16,009 nt of DNA from NCBI GenBank assembly GCA_037441385.1, contig JBBISH010000136.1, positions 1 through 16,009 of the forward strand, given 5' to 3'. The position numbers and the translations under genes are program-made. The stretch's first letter is position 1. The number at the start of each line of letters is the position of its first letter. The notes beneath the pieces were generated by a model. It saw nothing but the letters and a program-made list of their open reading frames with translations. It had not been told where the DNA came from and ran no database searches. Of this stretch, positions 8,014 to 16,009 are shown piece after piece. The stretch is from Myxococcales bacterium (GTDB lineage Bacteria > Myxococcota_A > UBA9042).

Positions 8014-10271
8014 GGCGCCTCCACAACGGCTGGCGTTTGACGTGCCGGTCCCAAGTGCGTCAGCAAGCGCCGCAATTGCGTCGACCGTGCCAGCGGGGCG
8101 GCATTGGCGACCGCGCGAGCAATGGCCGCGGGTTGCCCCACCAGCACGGCAAACCGCTTGGCCCGAGTCAGCGCGGTGTACAAGAGGTTGCGCTGCAGCA
8201 TCACGTGTTGACCCAGGTGGACTGGCACCACCACCGCAGGATACTCGCTGCCTTGCGCCTTGTGCACCGTCACGGCATACGCCAACTCCAGGCTGTCCAG
8301 CTGCGCCTGGCCCAGTTGCACCTCGCGCGCGCCAAAGCGGACCCGCAGCAGCGGCTCAGTCGCAAAGGGCAGGGCCGGAGCAGCGCTCTCGTTCGCGCTG
8401 GGTTCGCGGTGCGCCAGCCCCACGACCGTGCCGATGTCACCATTGAACACGTCAAGATCGTAGTCGTTTTTGGTCTGGATCAGCTTGTCGCCCACCTTGA
8501 GGCTGCGCAACGTTGCCGTGCCATGGGGGTTCAGCGCCTCGCGTAGTCGCTCGCTGAGCGCCTGTGTTCCCAGTGGCCCGCGGTGGACCGGAGCCAGGAC
8601 CTGCACGTCGGCAATCGGATCGAACCCCTGGCGCGGCAGCCGGTCGCGCACGATCTCGACCAAGGTTTCGGCGATCTCGTCGGTGGACTGCCTTGGAACC
8701 ACAAAGAAATCGCCGCCATCGCCGCGGCTGCTGCCCTGTGGCACTTGGCCGTGCAAGATCTGGTGCGCGGCCGTCACGATCTTCGAGGCCTCGCTTTGCC
8801 GGTGCACTTCGCGCAGGCGAACTCGCCGGACTTGCGGTGCCGCCAACAGATCGGCCAAGAACGCCCCGGGCCCAACCGACGGCAGTTGGTCCGCATCGCC
8901 CACCAGCAGCAGTCGAGTCGGCGGGGGCAGGGCTGCCAGAAGCGCCGCGGCCAGCGGCACGTCGATCATCGATGCTTCGTCGACCACCACCAGTTCCGCC
9001 TGCAGCGGCCGACTGGCATCGCGGGTAAAGCGCTGCTGATGCGGATCGTACTCCAGCAACCGGTGCAGGGTTTTGGCCTCGCGTCCGCTGGCGTCGGCCA
9101 TGCGCCGCGCGGCTCGCCCGGTCGGCGCGGCGAGCAGGACGTTCGCCTGAGCGCCCAGGGCAGCCAAAACACCGCGCAGAATCGTGGTCTTGCCTGTGCC
9201 GGGACCACCGGTGACCACCAGGAGCGGCGCGTGCAGCGCTTGGGCGACCGCTTGCCGCTGCCCGCCCTGCAAGGCAAATCCCAGCGCCTGCTCGGCCGCG
9301 GCAATGCGCGGATCATCCGTCTGGTCGCGGGACTGCGCGTCGTCGCTGCCGGCAATCCATTTCGCAATCGCGTGTTCGGCCTGATGCAGCGCCGGCAAGG
9401 CGATGGCGTCGACCGCGTCGCCCTCGGCCGTGTCGGTCTGGACGGCGTGCCAATCCCCTGCGGTCACGCCGTGTTCGATCGCCGTTGCCGCTCGCTCGTC
9501 GGACACTTCGGCGAGGTCGCGCGCCATCGCTTGCACCGTTGCCCGCGGCGGCGCGCTGTGGCCTTGGTTGGCAAGGTCCTGGAGCACATGGGTGACTGCG
9601 GCGCGGAGTCGCTCGGGGCTCTCGGCCGCCATGCCCGCCGCCCGAGCCAAGCGATCGGCGGTGCGGAACCCCACGCCAGCCAAGTCTGTTGCGAGCGAAA
9701 ACGGTCGGTTACGCACGACGCGCAGCGCATCCTGCCCGTAGCGACGCAAGATCTTCTGCACCAGCGCCGGGCCCAGCTCTAAGCCGTGCAGGTACAGGGC
9801 CGCCTCTTGGTGTGCGTCGATGGCGGCGATAGCCTCGATCAGCGCGCGCCGCTTGGGGGCGGTCAAGCCGGCAATCCCCAACAGCAATTCGGGGCGATCT
9901 CGGACCGCGGCCACGCCGCCCGCGCCAACCGCCTCCACGACGCGCTTGGCCACCACTTCGCCAATGCCTGGTACGCGCCCCGATCGCAACCACCGCTCCA
10001 GGGCGTGCGGTCCGCTGGGCAAGGCGGGCTGAGCAGAGTCGACCCGGAACCGCCGACCCCACTTGGGATCGTCTTCTACGCGGCCCCACAGCCGCACCGT
10101 TTCGCCTTCCAAAAGGCCCCACAACGGGCCGCGCACCGTCCAGATGCGCCCGCTGGCCTCGTCCTCGACCACGGCGACGCCAAAGCCATTGTCGCCGGGC
10201 TCAAAAAGGAACTTGCGTAGCCGTCCGCAGACTTGGCCAGGCGATTCGCCGCCCTGGTCCCCAGGCTCCAT
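8007..10271 (-). CDS. recD2: ATP-dependent RecD-like DNA helicase (RecD2 / SF1B)
   Basis: N-terminal OB and HhH segments (VPGIGEVVAKRVV, GVGFRTADRLA), Walker A GGPGTGKTT, LAAPTGRAARR, VVDEASMID, GDADQLPSVGPG, LAYAVTVHKAQGSEY and RNLLYTALTRAK. ATG at 10271 overlaps the upstream TGA (TGATG), so it is preferred over the ORF-track start at 10310. Confidence 0.93.
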   Translation of the reverse strand: MEPGDQGGESPGQVCGRLRKFLFEPGDNGFGVAVVEDEASGRIWTVRGPLWGLLEGETVRLWGRVEDDPKWGRRFRVDSAQPALPSGPHALERWLRSGRVPGIGEVVAKRVVEAVGAGGVAAVRDRPELLLGIAGLTAPKRRALIEAIAAIDAHQEAALYLHGLELGPALVQKILRRYGQDALRVVRNRPFSLATDLAGVGFRTADRLARAAGMAAESPERLRAAVTHVLQDLANQGHSAPPRATVQAMARDLAEVSDERAATAIEHGVTAGDWHAVQTDTAEGDAVDAIALPALHQAEHAIAKWIAGSDDAQSRDQTDDPRIAAAEQALGFALQGGQRQAVAQALHAPLLVVTGGPGTGKTTILRGVLAALGAQANVLLAAPTGRAARRMADASGREAKTLHRLLEYDPHQQRFTRDASRPLQAELVVVDEASMIDVPLAAALLAALPPPTRLLLVGDADQLPSVGPGAFLADLLAAPQVRRVRLREVHRQSEASKIVTAAHQILHGQVPQGSSRGDGGDFFVVPRQSTDEIAETLVEIVRDRLPRQGFDPIADVQVLAPVHRGPLGTQALSERLREALNPHGTATLRSLKVGDKLIQTKNDYDLDVFNGDIGTVVGLAHREPSANESAAPALPFATEPLLRVRFGAREVQLGQAQLDSLELAYAVTVHKAQGSEYPAVVVPVHLGQHVMLQRNLLYTALTRAKRFAVLVGQPAAIARAVANAAPLARSTQLRRLLTHLGPARQTPAVVEAPW

Positions 10272-11389
10272 CAGGGCACGGGCGCAGGGATCGGTGGCAA
10301 AGACGGCCACTGCACCTGCAAAGTCTGCGGTCCGCCACCGCGCTGGACCGTCAGGGCGCAGCCGCCCGCGGCGCCGACACAGCCGCGCAGCAGTCGATCG
10401 AGCTGGTGGGCTGCCCGTACCGGTTGACCCGCCACGGCCTCAACGATATCGCCGGCTTGCAGCGGCGCTCGGGCCGTGCGAACCAGCACGCCGTCGTGCG
10501 CGATCGCCTTGGCGGCCAGATGGGCCGGCATTCCCGGCGCAAACCGATCGAAGAGCACCAGCAGTTTGGCCGCTTTGACCTCGGGCGGCAGTGTCGCCAG
10601 TCCGGCCGAGTACGGCTTGCTGTCCAGGTACTTGTACGAAGTGATCGCCAACAGCGAGTCGACCAATTCGTCGCCCCGGCTGCGCCGCCCGCCCAGGCCC
10701 GTCCGCAAACTGGGCGCCAGCTCGATCAGCCGCCGAACCGCCGTCTTGATCGCCTTGGTCACTTCGGGGCGCGGATCCTCGCCCGGCTCGAATTCCAGCG
10801 GATTGTCATCGATATCCAGCGTGGTCCAGGCCAATCGCACGCCCTTGCGCGCCTCGTACAGCGCGGCCTCGACGTGAACCCGCGCCTCGACCCCGTGCTG
10901 GCGAAACGTATTGGGCTTCTTGGGATCCTTGATGCGCGTGTCCACGATGTCGCGGACGTTGGTGGCCCGGTTCTCGGTGACTAGCACGTGCAGCGCCAAC
11001 CAGTCTTGCCAGTCGCTGCCCAAATCGTTCCGCGTGACCAGATCGGTGTCGTACGCGGGGGTATGCGCCTCGTCCAGCGGCTTGTTGACGTCGAAGTCGA
11101 ACAAGCCCAGCACCGGCAGGTCCGTTTGCTCCAGCGCGATGCGGCACACGTCCAGCGAGTGGGCGGCCACCTCTAGCGGGGTGCTGTCGGCGGTCACCAA
11201 AGCCACGGGCAGCACGACCAAGCCGGCCGTCTTGTGCTGGGGCGCCAGGGGCGCCTCGTCGACCACTTCGGCGCTGCCACAACCCGCCAGAACCAGACAA
11301 GTGTTCAGCAGTACGGCGGCTGCCCACCGCGGCCAGTGCGCAACGCGGTTCGTCGCACCGGCCCAGACTCGATCGGATTCTTGGCCCAC
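10271..11389 (-). CDS. Putative lipoprotein with a C-terminal PDZ-like domain
   Basis: Hydrophobic stretch ending in lipobox LVLAG-C. The C-terminal APLQAGDIVEAVAGQPVRAAHQLDRLL...LTVQRGG matches a bacterial PDZ pattern. GTG at 11389 has GAGGT 6 nt upstream (ORF-track start is 11452). Confidence 0.7.
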   Translation of the reverse strand: MGQESDRVWAGATNRVAHWPRWAAAVLLNTCLVLAGCGSAEVVDEAPLAPQHKTAGLVVLPVALVTADSTPLEVAAHSLDVCRIALEQTDLPVLGLFDFDVNKPLDEAHTPAYDTDLVTRNDLGSDWQDWLALHVLVTENRATNVRDIVDTRIKDPKKPNTFRQHGVEARVHVEAALYEARKGVRLAWTTLDIDDNPLEFEPGEDPRPEVTKAIKTAVRRLIELAPSLRTGLGGRRSRGDELVDSLLAITSYKYLDSKPYSAGLATLPPEVKAAKLLVLFDRFAPGMPAHLAAKAIAHDGVLVRTARAPLQAGDIVEAVAGQPVRAAHQLDRLLRGCVGAAGGCALTVQRGGGPQTLQVQWPSLPPIPAPVP

Positions 11390-11497
11390 TGTTGTACCTC
11401 TGGGGCGACTGCAACCGCGCCTGGCGGCCACTGCTTGCTTGGCGCCCAGCATACGATACCAAGTCGGCTGGGTTTTCCAAGCTGGCCGCGCCGGCCC

Positions 11498-11525
11498 TTG
11501 ACGACCGGGACCCGCGTCCTAGTTT
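11498..11525 (+). promoter_or_regulatory. Candidate promoter for groES-groEL
   Basis: TTGACG (11498-11503), 16-nt spacer, TAGTTT (11520-11525) in the divergent intergenic region. It can also be read as an RpoH-like CTTGA...CCTAGT. Motif match only. Confidence 0.4.
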
Positions 11526-11721
11526 TGCTCCGCTCGCTCGTCACCCCGCTTGGGTGGCTCCGCGGCGGGCAGTCGGTGAGCGCTAGCCGCCGGCCAAGCC
11601 CGGCTCCACCGCCAAAGCGGCATAGTCCCAGTTGATCCAGGTGCGAGCACGCTACTTCTTTGGATTCGCTACCCTGCGCCGGTCTTGCCTGCGCATCACC
11701 ACCCCGCATAGGAGCTACCTG

Positions 11722-12012
11722 ATGAACATTCGCCCGCTTTACGACAACGTCCTGGTCCAGCGCGCCGACGCGGAAGAAAAGACCGCCGGCGGCCTGTTCC
11801 TGCCTTCGGCCGCGCAAGAGAAGCAGGTCTACGGCTTCGTCAAAGCCGTGGGCAAGGGCAAAGTGCTCAAGGACGGCAGCCTGCGCGAGCCCGCCGTCAA
11901 GATCGGCGACAAAGTCCTGCTGGCCAAGTGGGGCGGCAACGAGATCAAGTACAACGGCGAAGAGTACCTGATCCTGAAAGAAAGCGAGCTGTTGGCGATC
12001 ATTGCCGACTAG
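11722..12012 (+). CDS. groES: Co-chaperonin GroES
   Basis: MNIRPLYDNVLVQR..EEKTAGGLFLPSAAQEK..GFVKAVGKGK..VKIGDKVLLAKWGGNEIK..EEYLILKESELLAII, 96 aa. AGGAG 7 nt upstream of the ATG at 11722. Confidence 0.97.
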   Translation: MNIRPLYDNVLVQRADAEEKTAGGLFLPSAAQEKQVYGFVKAVGKGKVLKDGSLREPAVKIGDKVLLAKWGGNEIKYNGEEYLILKESELLAIIAD

Positions 12013-13668
<1,656 letters not shown>

Positions 13669-13773
13669 TCCCAGGTTGCGCATGGCGGCCGTCGCTCGCA
13701 GGTTCCTGCCGGGCGGCGGCCGCTGCGTCTGTGGCCGGGCCGCAAGCCGCCCCCATTGCTACGTGAGGTTCGC

Positions 13774-14409
13774 ATGTCCAAGCACCATCCCCACGCCGAG
13801 CCGGGCAAACCCGCCAAGTCCGCCGTCGAGTCTGCCGACCCCCACGCCGACGCCGAGGCCGACCACCTGGAGCCCGCGGCGCTCGAAGCTGAAAATGCTA
13901 AGCTTGCCAGCAAGTTGGCTGATGCCGAACGCCGTTTGAAAGACGCCGACGAGCAGGTTCGCCAGTACGCCGGGGCGTTCGACAAGGCCAAGCGCGAATT
14001 CGACGCGGCCAAAGACCGGATCGCCCGCGAGTACGAGCGCAACATGAAGCGCGATCAGACCAAGGCGGTCTCGGGCCTGATCGGCGTGCTCGACACGCTG
14101 GATCGCTCGCTAGAGAGCGTCAAAGGCAAAGAGGGCGACGCCTTTGTCGACGGTGTGCGCATCATTCGCAACCAGTTCGACGCCGCCCTGGCCGCCATGG
14201 GTCTGCTGCGCTTTGACGGCATGGGCGAGATCTTCGACCCCGAGCGGCACCAAGCGGTGACCACCATGCCGGTCGCCGATCCCGCCCAGGCTGGCCGCGT
14301 GATCCATAGCGTGGCCGCAGGCTGCATCTTTGGCGACGAAGTGGTGCGCCCGGCCATGGTTGTCGTGGGCCAGGGCAGCGCCAGCGACACCGACGACACG
14401 CTGAACTAG
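13774..14409 (+). CDS. grpE: Nucleotide exchange factor GrpE
   Basis: Low-complexity N-terminus, long coiled coil, LIGVLDTLDRSL, FVDGVRIIRNQF..L...GL, GEIFDPERHQAV and G..FGDEVVRPAMVVV. GAGGT upstream of the ATG at 13774. Confidence 0.92.
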   Translation: MSKHHPHAEPGKPAKSAVESADPHADAEADHLEPAALEAENAKLASKLADAERRLKDADEQVRQYAGAFDKAKREFDAAKDRIAREYERNMKRDQTKAVSGLIGVLDTLDRSLESVKGKEGDAFVDGVRIIRNQFDAALAAMGLLRFDGMGEIFDPERHQAVTTMPVADPAQAGRVIHSVAAGCIFGDEVVRPAMVVVGQGSASDTDDTLN

Positions 14410-14510
14410 CGAATATTTGCCGAAATTCCAAGGTCTACGCTGACGCCTGCCTTACTGGATGGCTACTGGTGCCGTAAGTGCGGTGGAAACCTGTGCGATC
14501 CTTGGCACTT

Positions 14511-14695
14511 GGCCATCACCCCGCCGCCTTCGGCGTCTGCCCCGCTCTCCCGGCGCCGCTGGCGCCACTCGCTCGCTTCGCTCACCGCGGGGACCCCTCC
14601 TCTGCCAACGCTTTGGGCGAGGGGCAATGCAATTTCCCTTTACGCCTCGCCCACTTCAGTAGGAGAGGGGTCGGCCACAGGCCGGGGTGAGGGCC
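14511..14695. repeat. Inverted pair of REP-like palindromic units (REP doublet / MITE-like)
   Basis: Outer inverted repeat GGCCATCACCCCG (14511-14523) versus CGGGGTGAGGGCC (14683-14695), 12/13 match. Inner inverted pair GACCCCTC...TGGGCGAGG (14592-14622) versus CCTCGCCCA...GAGGGGTC (14645-14672). Confidence 0.65.
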
Positions 14696-14742
14696 TTCGG
14701 CGCTGCGGCAGAGTAGGCAAGCGGTAAGGCAGGCGCCGACGC

Positions 14743-14793
14743 GCTGGGCTCGCTCTTGGCTGTTGGGCCCGCTCTTGGCTGCTGGGCCCACTC
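14743..14793. repeat. 19-bp imperfect tandem repeat, about 2.7 copies
   Basis: GCTGGGCTCGCTCTTGGCT (14743-14761), GTTGGGCCCGCTCTTGGCT (14762-14780), GCTGGGCCCACTC (14781-14793). Confidence 0.85.
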
Positions 14794-14809
14794 CCGCTTG
14801 CTGAGGCGG

Positions 14810-16009
14810 CTACGGCGGCGAATTGTTGACCTGAATCATGTAGCTATTTTCGACGCAGATGGTCGAGCTGGGCACGCCGGGCTTGCGATACACGCGCACG
14901 TAGTAGTGCGCGGTGTTGTCCGAGCACAGGTTCATGCCGGGTAGGCCGTCAAAACCCGGCTTGAGCGCAACGCATTTGCATTCGCCGGCCTTCTCGGGCA
15001 CGGGCGACTTGTTGACGTCGCCATACGTCTTCACTTGCGGTTTGGCGTCCGTGCCGCTGGGGGGATCGCCGTAGAAGCTGGTGGACCAACTGTGTTCGGT
15101 GCTGCCGCTGCAGATTTGGTCCGCGCCCGCGCAGGATTTGCGGAACACGTCGAAAACGAACTGGTTGTTCGGGTTGCTGGCGAACTTGATGCGCACGTCA
15201 AACTGGTCGCAGGTGTTGTCGTCGGGCTGGTCCTTGGCATAGAAGTGGAACCAGTCCGAGTCTTCGCCGGGCATCAAATTGCCCTTGGCCGGGACGGTGT
15301 TGCTGCCGTCGGGCATGTCGCCTAGCTCGACCGCGTTGCCGCAGACGTTGCCCAAGGTGCCAAAGTTCGAGTCAGCGGCGCACTCGCAGCCGTTGCTGAG
15401 GTCCAGGTCCACGTCGAACAAACCGGGGCCGCACTTGCCGATGCCGCATTTGCCGGCGATGCAGGCGACTTGGCCGCCGCTGACCGGCGGGCACGAGGCG
15501 CTGGCGTTGCCGTCGTCAGTCTGGCCGTTGCAGTCGTCGTCTGTGCCGTTGCAGATTTCTAGCTGGGTGGGGCTGACTTTGGCGTTGCTGTCGTCGCAGT
15601 CGCCAGGCTGCTCGGTCACGTACAGCTTGTTGGCTTTGCACAGGCACTTGCCGCTGGCCGTGGGGCCAAAGGTGTCGCCGTCGGCGTCGACGTAGAAGAG
15701 TTTGCAGCCTTCGGCGCCCTCTTCGTCGGTCTTGCTGTTGCAGTTGTCGTCGATGCCGTTGCAGAGCTCCGTCGCGCCGGGGAACACCTTCTTGTTGCTG
15801 TCGTCGCAGTCGCCGCCTTGCTCCAGCCAGTCCGAGCCCTTCTTGCCGGGGCATAGGCAGGCCGAGTCGTCCACGTCGCCGTACTTGTCGCCGTCTTTGT
15901 CCTTGTAGAAGACCTTGCAGCCTTTGGCGCCCGACTCGTCGGTCTGGCCGTTGCAGTCGTTGTCTTGGTTGTCGCAGATCTCTTGGGCGCCGGGCTTGAT
16001 CGCCGTCAC
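14810..16009 (-). CDS. Cys/Asp-rich putative metal-binding motif (MopE-like, PF11617-type) repeat protein, 5'-partial
   Basis: Repeats of DCDDSNxxVxP..ExCNGxDDxCNGxTDE with intervening FYxDxDGDxxG motifs, then a Cys-rich linker and a C-terminal beta domain (DSDWFHF...YYVRVYR). The frame runs off the window edge. Confidence 0.88.
   Translation of the reverse strand: MTAIKPGAQEICDNQDNDCNGQTDESGAKGCKVFYKDKDGDKYGDVDDSACLCPGKKGSDWLEQGGDCDDSNKKVFPGATELCNGIDDNCNSKTDEEGAEGCKLFYVDADGDTFGPTASGKCLCKANKLYVTEQPGDCDDSNAKVSPTQLEICNGTDDDCNGQTDDGNASASCPPVSGGQVACIAGKCGIGKCGPGLFDVDLDLSNGCECAADSNFGTLGNVCGNAVELGDMPDGSNTVPAKGNLMPGEDSDWFHFYAKDQPDDNTCDQFDVRIKFASNPNNQFVFDVFRKSCAGADQICSGSTEHSWSTSFYGDPPSGTDAKPQVKTYGDVNKSPVPEKAGECKCVALKPGFDGLPGMNLCSDNTAHYYVRVYRKPGVPSSTICVENSYMIQVNNSPP

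Noticed and set aside
6091..10271. Helicase plus nuclease pair as an anti-phage defence system
   Set aside because: Both genes look like ordinary RecD2 and RNB housekeeping families, with the same high GC as their neighbours and no mobile-element or defence-island context.
11566..11586. Possible CIRCE (HrcA operator) upstream of groES: CGGGCAGTC-GGT-GAGCGCTAG
   Set aside because: The right arm is 7/9 to GAGTGCTAA, but the only left-arm-like sequence is 3 nt away instead of 9. At the correct spacing there is no match.
13730..13758. CCCCAT upstream of grpE as a sigma-32 -10 box
   Set aside because: There is no CTTGAA-like -35 element at the expected distance.
14410..14809. Small ORFs or a tRNA in the grpE downstream intergenic region
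   Set aside because: The ORFs are short, lack an RBS or codon bias and run through palindromic repeats; no tRNA cloverleaf or T-loop motif was found.

Overview
GC-rich bacterial chromosomal window, most consistent with a Myxococcota/deltaproteobacterial genome (inferred from a TIGR04552-like gene and two Cys-rich EGF/MopE-type repeat surface proteins). From left to right it contains: (1) the 3' end of a large multidomain EGF-repeat protein (+); (2) a run of seven tightly packed minus-strand genes, in transcription order a PDZ-domain lipoprotein, RecD2-type helicase, RNB/RNase II-family exoribonuclease, YqgE/AlgH, TIGR04552-like protein, LipB and an FAAH-like amidase; (3) a divergent groES-groEL-grpE cluster (+); (4) a 400-bp intergenic region with an inverted REP-like pair and a 19-bp tandem repeat; (5) the 3' end of a MopE-like metal-binding repeat protein (-). 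No rRNA, tRNA, CRISPR array or transposase was seen. The most interesting candidate system is the three-gene unit at 1440-5156: a protein with RelA/SpoT-synthetase-like motifs, closely linked to LipB and an amidase-signature enzyme, preceded by a 20-bp triple repeat that overlaps its ribosome-binding site. Its function is a hypothesis, not something the sequence demonstrates. All family assignments are from motif recognition by eye, without database searches.
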